From Candidatus Heimdallarchaeota archaeon (GTDB taxonomy: Archaea > Asgardarchaeota > Heimdallarchaeia > Heimdallarchaeales > Heimdallarchaeaceae), in assembly GCA_019057375.1 (NCBI GenBank), contig DXJF01000015.1:1-33682 (forward strand): a DNA stretch of 33,682 nucleotides, written 5' to 3'. Position numbers and translations under genes: made by a program. Of this stretch, positions 11,867-21,457 are shown in pieces. The number at the start of each line of letters is the position of its first letter. Within the stretch, counting starts at the first letter, position 1. The notes below the pieces were generated by a model. It was given only the letters and a program-made list of their open reading frames with translations. It did no database searches and had not been told where the DNA came from.

Positions 11867-12970
11867 TTAAAGCATGGTTTCTAAAGCTTCTATTGCAGCT
11901 AAAATAAATCTTTCATTTGTAGCAGTATCACCTAGAGTAACAAGAAAAGATTTTTTCTTATCTCTGAAAGATTGATTATTATCAAAAGTTTGAACAATTA
12001 TGCCCTTGCTGCAGAGTTGTTCATATAACTCACTAATTTCATCCTTATAGCGTATAAATAGAAAATTTGTATCGCTTCGAGAAACCTTTAACCCACTGAG
12101 TATTTTCAAGTGTTCTATTACTCGTTTTCTTTCAACAATGAAGTTATTTATCAATTCTACGAACTTATAAGGTGCTTGTAAAATATGTGTTGTTGCTAAA
12201 ATATGAATTGGGGGGATTTCTTCAATGAAGTAATTTTCTTTTAGCAAATTAATATACTTTGGATCAGAGATAAGATATGCAGATGAAGTTGCACCTAATC
12301 CCCATGCTTTTGCAAAAGACCTAACTACAGTTAAATTATCAAAGTACTGCACCTGATTTATCAAACTGTATTTTCCAAATTCAACATAAGATTCATCTAC
12401 TATTATGGGGATTTCAAGTTCTCTTGCTAGAGTTAGAACATCGCCTTCGTCAAATTGATTTGCGGTAGGATAATGTGGTGAGGAAAAAATAATTGCTTTT
12501 GGAGATGTCTTTTCTGCTAGTTCAATTGTTGTATTTATATCTAGTTCAAAGTTGTCCATTAAGCTAATTCTTTGAACATTAAGCTTCTGATTTTGAGCAA
12601 TTACATCATAAATTTCCTTATCAGGAGCTAATAAAATGATGTCATTTTTTGGTTTTGTTGTAATCGAAATCATTCTTTGTAGAAGTTGAGTGTGAGTTAA
12701 TCCTGGGTAAATTGTAGTTACTTCTACGCCTGCAAAGCGTGAAATCTCTTCAATGAAAGAGAAATAATTTATTGGATAACTGTCTCTTGGATCTATCGAT
12801 TGGATAGTGTTTGTAATGATTTTCTGAACTAGGGTGGGAGGAACAAAGAGATTATCACCTAAACTAAGATCAAGAATTTGGTCTATATTTAAGTTATATT
12901 TATCAGCAATTTCTTGATGCTTCTTTATCCGATCAAGCGCATGTTTAGTAATGGAAATCCTGTTAGACAG
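11867..12970 (-). CDS. HisC/CobD-like class I/II PLP aminotransferase, degenerate, probable CTG start
   Basis: The frame stays open 99 codons upstream of the ORF-track ATG at 12673, encoding LDLSLGDNLF...SYP, up to a CTG at 12970 preceded by GGTGA-AATAG. DESY and RSFAKAWGL motifs are present. Total 367 aa. Confidence 0.8.
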   Translation of the reverse strand: MSNRISITKHALDRIKKHQEIADKYNLNIDQILDLSLGDNLFVPPTLVQKIITNTIQSIDPRDSYPINYFSFIEEISRFAGVEVTTIYPGLTHTQLLQRMISITTKPKNDIILLAPDKEIYDVIAQNQKLNVQRISLMDNFELDINTTIELAEKTSPKAIIFSSPHYPTANQFDEGDVLTLARELEIPIIVDESYVEFGKYSLINQVQYFDNLTVVRSFAKAWGLGATSSAYLISDPKYINLLKENYFIEEIPPIHILATTHILQAPYKFVELINNFIVERKRVIEHLKILSGLKVSRSDTNFLFIRYKDEISELYEQLCSKGIIVQTFDNNQSFRDKKKSFLVTLGDTATNERFILAAIEALETML

Positions 12971-13141
12971 CTATTTCACCTATCTTTTTTGAACAATCTA
13001 GTCAAATTTGAGAAATAGAAAATTCCAATGATTATAAAAGTATCCTTCATCAGATTTGAATGATGTTATCTATAGGGAAAACTAAAAAAGAATGATAAAC
13101 TAAATGAGCTATATAAAGAATTTACTAGAAGGTGGCAAGCA

Positions 13142-14032
13142 ATGGTTCATAAATTTACTGTTGAATTTCCTGAAAGAATATGGAAAGCTATTCAAGATAA
13201 GAAAGGTGCTGGCTCGATAAAGGACTTTTTAGTCAGATTAATAGAAAAAGAATTTGAGTTAAGAAAAAACAAGGTTTTAATTTTGGCTGGTGGTGAAGGA
13301 GCTCGTCTAAAACCATTAACAGAAACCATTCCCAAAGCAATGATTCCTGTGGGTTACAGACCATTACTTGAATACAATCTTGAATTAATTGCCAAAAGTG
13401 GAATTACTGATATTGTCCTATTGATAGGAAAATTAGGTAATAGAATTATGAAACACTTTGGTCAAAAGTGGAATGGATTGGATATAAGTTATGTGAGTGA
13501 GTCTACAAACTTGGATACAGCAGGGGCAATATATAATGCTCGAAATCTCGTTTCTGACACATTTATTGTCATGAACTCTGATATTCTAACAGATATAAAT
13601 CTAGTAAGCTTGATTGATTATCACAAGAGCCACAAAAAGGATGTAATTGCTACGGTTTGCGGGATTGGGGTAAATGATTATTATCAGACTATGGGAAAAA
13701 CTGCAGATAAGGGACTTTTTTCTGATTATGGCGTATTCTACATAGATGATGTGATTAATAAACTAGTAACAAGATTTGAGGAACCACCCACGAAATCACA
13801 GCAAAGTGGTTATATAAATACTGGAATTTATGTTTTTGAACCACAAATAATGGATTATTTATCTGATTCAGAAGGAAAATCTATTTCAGGAGATACTTTA
13901 CCACATTTGATTGATGATAACAAAGTAAAGGCATATCTCTGCCCCAAGAATGTATTCTGGATAGACGTTGCCCATCCTGAACGTTGGAGCAAAGCATGGG
14001 ATGTTTTGTTTTCTGGAGCATTTGAAATCTAA
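13142..14032 (+). CDS. Sugar-phosphate nucleotidyltransferase with N-terminal ribbon-helix-helix-like domain
   Basis: The first ~40 aa (KFTVEFPERIWKAI...GSIKDFLVRLIEKE) are RHH-like. They are followed by ILAGGEGARLKPLT..PKAMIPV, DTAGAI, NSDILTD, NTGIYVF and WIDVA. No left-handed beta-helix domain. Confidence 0.85.
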   Translation: MVHKFTVEFPERIWKAIQDKKGAGSIKDFLVRLIEKEFELRKNKVLILAGGEGARLKPLTETIPKAMIPVGYRPLLEYNLELIAKSGITDIVLLIGKLGNRIMKHFGQKWNGLDISYVSESTNLDTAGAIYNARNLVSDTFIVMNSDILTDINLVSLIDYHKSHKKDVIATVCGIGVNDYYQTMGKTADKGLFSDYGVFYIDDVINKLVTRFEEPPTKSQQSGYINTGIYVFEPQIMDYLSDSEGKSISGDTLPHLIDDNKVKAYLCPKNVFWIDVAHPERWSKAWDVLFSGAFEI

Positions 14033-14125
14033 TCTAAAAAGCATATAAGAAATAAAACTCAAAAGTGCAAATATTTAATAATTTAAGTAGAAAGACAGCT
14101 CAAGCAAAAGAAAGGTGACGAATTT

Positions 14126-14428
14126 ATGGACCTCAACCGAAGCATTAGAATCGCAGTAGATACAGGAAAAGTTTCTTATGGTGCAGACACTGCAAAAAAC
14201 GCACTATTAAACAAACAAGCTAAACTGGTAATATTATCAAACAACGCTCCTCAAAATGTTAAAGAGGATGTATATAGATATGCAAATCTTTCTGAAATAC
14301 CTATTTTAGAATTCACAGGTTCATCATTAGATTTAGGTGCAATTTGTGGAAGACCACACTTTGTTGCAGCTTTAACTGTCTATGAACTGGGAGATAGTGA
14401 TATACTCAAGGCGATTAAAAAGAAATAA
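14126..14428 (+). CDS. rpl30e: 50S ribosomal protein eL30
   Basis: AVDTGKV.YG, KLVILSNNAP and GSSLDLGAICGRPH; GGTGA RBS. Confidence 0.96.
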   Translation: MDLNRSIRIAVDTGKVSYGADTAKNALLNKQAKLVILSNNAPQNVKEDVYRYANLSEIPILEFTGSSLDLGAICGRPHFVAALTVYELGDSDILKAIKKK

Positions 14429-14596
14429 ATACAAGTGACTATTGTAAAACAGTATTCTAACTTATGTTTAAATAGACTTTTAAACATCCAAACTATAGAG
14501 ATTACTTGAATCGCAAAGAAAAAGGGACAACTCCAATCGGAATAGATTTATGTCAATAAATGCAAAAATATGACTTTAAGATATGGATGAAATAAA

Positions 14597-15031
14597 ATGC
14601 CTGCAGTTAAACTATCACAAACAGAAATGCAATATATAACTATCCTTCAAGGAATCGTTAACGTCACTATAAAAGATTGTATTATTGATGAAGAAGATAA
14701 CAAAGTCGTCTTTGTTGTTTCTGAGGGAAAAGCTGGATTAACAATTGGGAAGCGTGGAATGAACATAAACAAGTTAAAAGAAATGATTGCAAAAGATGTA
14801 GAAATAATTGAGCATTCATCAGATCCCGCTAAATTCATCAGAAATTGCTTCTTACCAATCATCATAAGAGAAGTAACTTTTTTGGATAGAAGAAATGGAA
14901 AAGCTGCTACAGTTGAAGTTGATAACAAGGATAAAGGAAGAGCAATTGGAAGAAGCGGAAAAAACATAAACAAAGTAAAAAATCTGGTTCTCCGACAATT
15001 TGATATTGTTGATGTTATGATCAAGCAATAA
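14597..15031 (+). CDS. nusA: Archaeal NusA (two KH domains)
   Basis: GLTIGKRGMNI, VEIIEHSSDP and GRAIGRSGKNI. Confidence 0.95.
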   Translation: MPAVKLSQTEMQYITILQGIVNVTIKDCIIDEEDNKVVFVVSEGKAGLTIGKRGMNINKLKEMIAKDVEIIEHSSDPAKFIRNCFLPIIIREVTFLDRRNGKAATVEVDNKDKGRAIGRSGKNINKVKNLVLRQFDIVDVMIKQ

Positions 15032-15128
15032 ATGGCTAAATTTCTTCAAATATCCATTTTCTTCTAAGTTTTTTAGAAAAAATTAAAGTAGCACATTCAA
15101 TAGACAAAATATTGAGGATTGTGATTAC

Positions 15129-15536
15129 ATGATAAATCCATCATTTTCAGATAATGAAAAATTAGCTAAACTGATTAAGTTAATAAAAGAAGAGGGAACG
15201 TTATCTGAAATTACGGAAAATGAGATGATCTCACTTTTTGAATCTCGGGGTGAAAAAGCAGCCAAAGCTTTACGAGAGAATAGACTCCACAAATTAATTC
15301 TTAATGAAAGAATCGCTATATGGGAAGTTGAGGGAACAGGTGGAAACTATATCTTGATTGATAACAACTATTGTGAATGCAAAGATTTTCAAATCCGAGT
15401 TCTGAGCAGAGGAGAAAAAACACTATGTTATCACTTATTAGCTAAAGTAATTGGGGAAGAGTTACAGCATTATAATTTAAAAAAAATCTCTGAAGAGGAT
15501 TATGATCAGATAATAAAAGACAAAATCTCTGAATAA
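15129..15536 (+). CDS. SWIM zinc-finger protein, ZSWIM7/SWS1-like
   Basis: YCECKDF...LCYHLLA (CxC...CxH), preceded by 'LF..RGEKA...WEVEG...Y'; GAGGA RBS. Confidence 0.75.
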   Translation: MINPSFSDNEKLAKLIKLIKEEGTLSEITENEMISLFESRGEKAAKALRENRLHKLILNERIAIWEVEGTGGNYILIDNNYCECKDFQIRVLSRGEKTLCYHLLAKVIGEELQHYNLKKISEEDYDQIIKDKISE

Positions 15537-15571
15537 CTTCAAGAATAAAAAGAATAGAGTGAAAGAAATCG

Positions 15572-18500
15572 TTAAGCAATATCTTCAAGTTCTATGTGAG
15601 GTGCAATTCCTAGACTCATTAATTCTTGCAATAGCAGTTTAAACGCATAACTGATAACTACTTTTGAAACAGTGGTTTCTTCTTTGCATATTGGACAATG
15701 ATATCTGTCTCTGTTTCTATCATACATAGCTAAGAATCCACATTTGGAGCAGATTAATGCATCTGTTTTATCAGACTCATCAAGTAATCTTTCCTTAAGT
15801 AAAATAGATGTTCCATGTCCTATAAGACAATCTCTTTCCATTTCACCAAACCTTAACCCTCCTTCTCTAGCTCTTCCTTCAGTTGGTTGTCTTGTAAGCA
15901 TTTGAATTGGACCACGAGCTCGAGCATGGATTTTATCTTGCACTAGATGGTGGAGTTTTTGATAGAATTGAGATCCTACAAAGATAGTTCCCTCTAGTCT
16001 TCTGCCAGTTTTACCATCATACATCACCTCCCTACCAAGTGGGTGCATGCCTTGAACTTTTAGTGTATTATGCAGATCTGTTAAACTAGTTTTGTTAAAT
16101 GCAGTACCATAAATTGCTTCTCCTGCATAAGCTGCTACTTTTCCAGCTAGTAATTCCATTAGCATTCCGATTGTCATTCTTGAAGGAACTGCATGAGGAT
16201 TAATGATTATATCAGGAACAACACCTGATTCAGTGAAAGGCATATCTTCTTGAGGAATAATTAAACCAATAACACCCTTCTGTCCATGTCTTGAAGCAAA
16301 TTTATCTCCTATTTCTGGAATTCTCTCTGATCGAACTTTAACTTTTACAAGCCTGTTTCCTTCATTTGTATCGGTTAGCACAACCATATCAGATAAACCA
16401 TTCTCACCATGTCTCATGGCTTTACTTGTTTCTCTTCTATTCTGAGGTGGGACATCAAATTCAGTATACTCCTCCAAAAATCTTGGGGGGCTGGTCCTAC
16501 CAATTAAAACCTCTCCTCTGTGTCCATCAACAGCAATTTCTGGTTCTATGATTCCATCTTCCCCTAGATGAACATATTGAGATTCATCTTTGTAACCTCT
16601 TACTGTATCATCAGGAATTTCAAAAGTATCCTCTTGACCATTTGGATACTTTCTTTCTTCCGCATCGTAGGTTCGATAAAAAGTGCTTCTCCCTAATCCT
16701 CTTTCAATGGCTGCCTTGTTTATTAGAAGAGCATCTTCCATATTATACCCTTCATAAGATAACACAGCAACGATAAAGTTTTGTCCAGCAGGACGGCTTT
16801 CAAATCCAATAGAATCCATACCGTGAGTTTTAACTAAAGGTTTTTGTGGATAATGCAAAACATGTGCTCTGGTATCCATACGATATCTAAAATTAGCAGA
16901 AAAGATTCCAAGTGCTTGTTTTGCCATTCCTGCTTCATAGACGTTACGATCAGAACGATTGTGCTCAGGGAATGGGATTAATGAAGCACATATCCCAAGA
17001 ATGGTACTTGGAGTAATTTCCATATGAGTAATTTCAGGATTCAAAGCATCTTCATCTATTGCAATATAGAGATTTTCTTCTTCTTCTGCATCAACATACT
17101 CAACAATTTGATTTCTTATCAAATCACTCCATGTCCATTTACCACTTTTAATCAAGGTGAACTTTTCTTTGGTAAGCTGTGGTTCTCCTTCTTTGACAAT
17201 AATAAGAGGACGGCGAACTCTACCTGCATCACAGTTAACCATTATCTCATTGGTGTCCGGATAATAAGAAACATTGACTTCATGATGAAATTCACCTAAT
17301 CTTCGTTTTTCTATTGCTTTCTCTTTGAACTCTTCACCGTTTTGAACTACTCCTAGAAAACTTCCATTTAAGAAAACCTTGCAGTAATTTGGATCAGCAA
17401 CTAGCTTAGCGAGGGTAGAGCTAGATTCAACTAAATCTGAAGGTTCAATTTTACTTAATTCTAAACCATCAACAAGTTTTTTCTCAACATCTTTACTATT
17501 CAGACCCACACTAATATATGCTTGAAGAGCGAGATTCTTCACTAAACCACAATTTGGTCCTTCTGGTGTTTCATTTGGACATATTTTACCAAAATGAGTT
17601 GGATGAAGATCTCTTGCTTCAAAGTGAGGTTGACTTCTACTGAGAGGACTTACAACCCTTCGTAAATGACTTAAGGCTGACATATAATTTGTTCTATCTA
17701 GAAGTTGGCTTACTCCTGATTTTCCTCCAGTCCAATTTCCTGTAGCTAATGCATGACGCAATCTTTCTGTAATTAAATCTGCTCGAACAGCAGTTTTAAG
17801 ATTTGGTTTTCTACCTCTGACTGTAACTCTTTCTAATTGATACTTAATATCTCTACAAAGAGCGTGAAAGGCGACTCGATACAGCATTAACAAAAGATCA
17901 CCTGCTAGTTTCAATCTTTTATTTGCATAGTGGTCTTTATCATCTTCAGATCTGATACCGGCTTCTAATTCAAGAAGTCTTTGAGCCATCCTAGCTAAGA
18001 AGAAGGCTTTCTTTAATCGTGATTCTGTGTCACTTCCGAGATGAGGTAGTAAATATTTATCTAAAACTTGCATGGCTCTGTTAATACGGTATTCTTTAGT
18101 TTGTCCAACAGCTACTCTTTTTCCGATATAATCTAGTGACTCTTCAGTAGTATCAATTTCTGAGGATTCACGCATTAAAATAGACATTACACGAGCACGC
18201 AATTTTGGTGTAGGACTTATTGCCATTGCAATCATATCATCTCTGTCAATACCAAGTGCTCTCATCAGCAAGATAAGCGATATCTTTCTTGGCATACTTG
18301 GAAAACTAACTCTTAATTGAACGTCACTGGTATGTTCTACTGTAACAGGCGCTCTAAAACCATGAATTACGCTGAAAACTTTAGCTTCACTAGTCACATT
18401 TCCTTTACTTGTCGATTTTTCAATCAAAATTCGATTTGGAGCTAAATCTTCTTGTGTGACTATTACTCTTTCACTTCCATTCACTAAGAAATAACCACCT

Positions 18501-18970
18501 GGATCTTTAGGATCTTCACCGAGTTTAACAAGAGATTCTGGAGGTCTATTATATAATTGACAGCTTTTGGATTTTAACATTATAGGAAGATAACCAATGA
18601 AGACACTAATCTCTTCTAATGGAGTTTCCACACCATCTTCCCCACTTTTTTTAATGGGGATCATGTGGAGGTTTAATCTTGAAGCATAAGTAAGGTTTCG
18701 AATTCTTGCTTCCATAGGATATATCGAGCTCTGGGAACCATCAGCCTCTCTAATTGTTGGTTCCTCAACCTCAACTTTTTTAAGTTTCACATAAAATTCA
18801 GAATCTTCTGGTTCAATAACTTTAATTTCATTAATCACAGATTGCAATCCTTTTTCAATGAAATCATTATAAGAATCTAGATGTTGGCGAACTAATCCTA
18901 ATTCGTCAAACATAGAATTTACTAGAACCCACCGGCTATTTGCATCTGCTTTACCTTTTTTCTTGGCCAT
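15572..18970 (-). CDS. rpoB: DNA-directed RNA polymerase subunit B (Rpo2, undivided)
   Basis: YFLVNGSERV, CPNETPEGPNCGLVKN, GDKFASRHGQKG, RQPTEGRAREGGLRFGEMERD, and a C-terminal CSKC...CPIC Zn ribbon. Confidence 0.98.
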   Translation of the reverse strand: MAKKKGKADANSRWVLVNSMFDELGLVRQHLDSYNDFIEKGLQSVINEIKVIEPEDSEFYVKLKKVEVEEPTIREADGSQSSIYPMEARIRNLTYASRLNLHMIPIKKSGEDGVETPLEEISVFIGYLPIMLKSKSCQLYNRPPESLVKLGEDPKDPGGYFLVNGSERVIVTQEDLAPNRILIEKSTSKGNVTSEAKVFSVIHGFRAPVTVEHTSDVQLRVSFPSMPRKISLILLMRALGIDRDDMIAMAISPTPKLRARVMSILMRESSEIDTTEESLDYIGKRVAVGQTKEYRINRAMQVLDKYLLPHLGSDTESRLKKAFFLARMAQRLLELEAGIRSEDDKDHYANKRLKLAGDLLLMLYRVAFHALCRDIKYQLERVTVRGRKPNLKTAVRADLITERLRHALATGNWTGGKSGVSQLLDRTNYMSALSHLRRVVSPLSRSQPHFEARDLHPTHFGKICPNETPEGPNCGLVKNLALQAYISVGLNSKDVEKKLVDGLELSKIEPSDLVESSSTLAKLVADPNYCKVFLNGSFLGVVQNGEEFKEKAIEKRRLGEFHHEVNVSYYPDTNEIMVNCDAGRVRRPLIIVKEGEPQLTKEKFTLIKSGKWTWSDLIRNQIVEYVDAEEEENLYIAIDEDALNPEITHMEITPSTILGICASLIPFPEHNRSDRNVYEAGMAKQALGIFSANFRYRMDTRAHVLHYPQKPLVKTHGMDSIGFESRPAGQNFIVAVLSYEGYNMEDALLINKAAIERGLGRSTFYRTYDAEERKYPNGQEDTFEIPDDTVRGYKDESQYVHLGEDGIIEPEIAVDGHRGEVLIGRTSPPRFLEEYTEFDVPPQNRRETSKAMRHGENGLSDMVVLTDTNEGNRLVKVKVRSERIPEIGDKFASRHGQKGVIGLIIPQEDMPFTESGVVPDIIINPHAVPSRMTIGMLMELLAGKVAAYAGEAIYGTAFNKTSLTDLHNTLKVQGMHPLGREVMYDGKTGRRLEGTIFVGSQFYQKLHHLVQDKIHARARGPIQMLTRQPTEGRAREGGLRFGEMERDCLIGHGTSILLKERLLDESDKTDALICSKCGFLAMYDRNRDRYHCPICKEETTVSKVVISYAFKLLLQELMSLGIAPHIELEDIA

Positions 18971-19072
18971 ATGAACACCTATATACCAAATAAAAACTAA
19001 TGTCCTCGTAGTAAGGGGGTTTTAAGATATATTAAAAAGCTTATGAATCAAGACTATAATTATTCATTCAGA

Positions 19073-20473
19073 CTAGCTCTTAATGAAGAATATCAGCGAC
19101 CAAGGATAGCGTACAGCTATCTTATCTACAACATTTTTAACTTTCGTTTTCTCAGAGGTTTCGTCATAAAATAGGAGGGTAACTTTGCCACCACGACCTC
19201 TTTTCATCTTTTGGTAAACCGTTTTCGGAGAATTCACAAGGTCAAAAACGATTATCGTTTCAGTATGAGGAATGTCTATATCTCTCTCTCCAACAGACGA
19301 CATAATAAGAGCAGATTGTTTATTTGTCATCTTGAAATTTTCAAGAATCTCCCCCTTATTCTTGATTTTACCCGTTACATTGAAAATTTCAAAACCTTCC
19401 TTTATTAGAAGTTGCGATAGAGATTCAACTGTAGAAAGAAAGGAGCAAAGAATTGTGGTTTTTTGGTATTCTTTAGCTATCTTAATCACTTTTAGTTCTT
19501 TACCGCTAATGTCAGGTAAATCATCTAGTTCATTTTTTTCAATTCCATATCTTATTAAGTAATTTCGATAAGTATGTGCAGGCATTGAATAAACATATTT
19601 CCTGAGAAGAAGGAGTCTATTTAATTTTTCAACAAGTTCTGTTTCAACAGAAAGAAGTGGAAGATTATGGTAGAAATTTGCGCGTAGCTTATTGATGTCT
19701 TTTGGCGATGTTTCACTAACCTCTTGAATTATTTTTTCCCTAATTTCTTCTATATTTTCAGTTAGTAAATTAATGATTCTAGCAGTTTTTGTATCTTCAA
19801 CAGGCTGAATAATGACTTTTGTATCTTGTATGTGCTCCTTGATGTCAGTATCAATGAAGTCTTCAATAGTAATTACTTCACTGTCTGGAATGAACTCAAT
19901 AAGCGTTTTCAACTCATTTCTTAATTGTAGTTGATTGCCATCTAAGACTAAATGATCATCTCTGAGAGTACCACTCATTCCAACTATTTTTGCATTATCT
20001 AAATTGGGTATAAGTCTCCCCCAAGGGACACACAAAATTCTTCGATGAGACATTCTTTTTACGATTTGATCAACTTCATTAATGATAATAATCTCAATTT
20101 CTTCACTTAGCTCTGGAAATTTCTGGATTGTATTGGAAAATACAATAGGTAAAGATAAAATCACACGATTGTTTTCAATGAGATATTTTCTGTATTGAGA
20201 ATTAGAACCACTTTTGATAACAGCTAAACCCTCTAATCCGCCATATTCATTTTCAATGTACTTAGCTGTTTCTTCTAATGATGAATGAGTTTGTAGAAAA
20301 ACGACTACTTTTTGTTCCTTGAAAATCTCTGTAAGGAGACGATACATTAAAACTCGCTTGCCCATACCACAATCCAATTCTAGAATAACACTGTGATTTG
20401 ATTCAATCAATGATGAAATCCTATCAACAATAAAATTTTGATATTCACGTGATTCTATGGCCAAACTAATCAC
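19073..20473 (-). CDS. Hef/FANCM-like SF2 helicase homolog with degenerate motifs and no nuclease domain
   Basis: Q-motif REYQ, Walker A LDCGMGKR, Walker B NEVD, motif III SGT, motif V SSVGERDIDIP and motif VI QKMKRGR; GTG start. Confidence 0.7.
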   Translation of the reverse strand: MISLAIESREYQNFIVDRISSLIESNHSVILELDCGMGKRVLMYRLLTEIFKEQKVVVFLQTHSSLEETAKYIENEYGGLEGLAVIKSGSNSQYRKYLIENNRVILSLPIVFSNTIQKFPELSEEIEIIIINEVDQIVKRMSHRRILCVPWGRLIPNLDNAKIVGMSGTLRDDHLVLDGNQLQLRNELKTLIEFIPDSEVITIEDFIDTDIKEHIQDTKVIIQPVEDTKTARIINLLTENIEEIREKIIQEVSETSPKDINKLRANFYHNLPLLSVETELVEKLNRLLLLRKYVYSMPAHTYRNYLIRYGIEKNELDDLPDISGKELKVIKIAKEYQKTTILCSFLSTVESLSQLLIKEGFEIFNVTGKIKNKGEILENFKMTNKQSALIMSSVGERDIDIPHTETIIVFDLVNSPKTVYQKMKRGRGGKVTLLFYDETSEKTKVKNVVDKIAVRYPWSLIFFIKS

Positions 20474-20534
20474 TTTCTTATTCAGATATTAGTATTTAAA
20501 GGGAAGAATAAAGAAGTTCCTATCTTCAAAAATA

Positions 20535-21362
20535 TTAAAGCATATTATCCTTAATCTGCTGCTGTAAGATGTTCAGCAATTTTGATGACGAATCAGTTGT
20601 ATGATGCAAATTTAGACCAATAGGAGATATACTAATGCTGTTTTGATTAACAACTGCCCAAGTATCTGTATTTTCCGGAAAAGATTTTTTCTTTTCTCCC
20701 CATAACCATAAATAAGTAAGTTTACGTGGATCCTTCTTCTCAACCATAAAATTATTGTATTTATAAAGAGTTGGAGTTGTAATATGTACCTTAGTTTCAT
20801 CAGATATTTCCTTTGGATAATTAACATTTAGAAAGGCTAAATCTTTGGGCCAGTTCAATTCTAAAACTACAGCAACAATTTCTGCAGAAATTTTGGCAAT
20901 TTTATCAAAATCAATACCTCTTTGGTCTATCATCTGAGAATCATCTGAAAGATCTGCTGAGAATGCTATTGCAGGAACATTGTTGAAGTATGCCTCAAAA
21001 GCCGCAGCACAAGTACCACTGGTGAGTATAGAGTGAATTGAGGAGTTATCCCCATAGTTTATTCCACTAACAACGATATCTGGTTTTCTTTTTAAAACAT
21101 GAAATCCAACTAATACATTATCAGCTGGAGAACCAGTTGTACTATATCCTATTGTTCCATCATCATAAGTTACTGGAAAAAATCTTATGGGTTTGTGAAA
21201 AGTTAGTGCTTTTGAAACAGCGGAACTAGCTTCAGCAGGTGCAAAACATACAACTTTTGTAATTTTACTTAATTCATCCCTTAATGAATTAAGACCTGAA
21301 GATTTTATTCCATCATCATTTGTAAGTAAAATTAGTTTGTTTATCACATGTTTGTTTTTCAA
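20535..21362 (-). CDS. surE: 5'/3'-nucleotidase SurE
   Basis: LLTNDDG, GSPAD, SGINYGDN...SGT and LNVNYP. The start could be the TTG at 21362 or the GTG at 21347. Confidence 0.93.
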   Translation of the reverse strand: MKNKHVINKLILLTNDDGIKSSGLNSLRDELSKITKVVCFAPAEASSAVSKALTFHKPIRFFPVTYDDGTIGYSTTGSPADNVLVGFHVLKRKPDIVVSGINYGDNSSIHSILTSGTCAAAFEAYFNNVPAIAFSADLSDDSQMIDQRGIDFDKIAKISAEIVAVVLELNWPKDLAFLNVNYPKEISDETKVHITTPTLYKYNNFMVEKKDPRKLTYLWLWGEKKKSFPENTDTWAVVNQNSISISPIGLNLHHTTDSSSKLLNILQQQIKDNML

Positions 21363-21457
21363 GATATTTGTTAAGTTTTGTCTTACGAAAGAAAATTTGA
21401 TAAATCATAAGCTTAAAAACATGATTGTTGAAAGTCTAAGACGAAGGTGTCAGTTCA

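Noticed and set aside
12971-12982. GTG-AAA-TAG readthrough (pyrrolysine or amber suppression) as the aminotransferase start
   Set aside because: No pyl genes or other in-frame ambers were seen. The GGTGA is better explained as the RBS for the CTG.
14429-14596. Unusually long 168-nt gap between rpl30e and nusA as a hidden sORF or ncRNA
   Set aside because: No ORF of meaningful length or stable structure was found. It probably just contains a promoter (TTTAAATA at about 14468).
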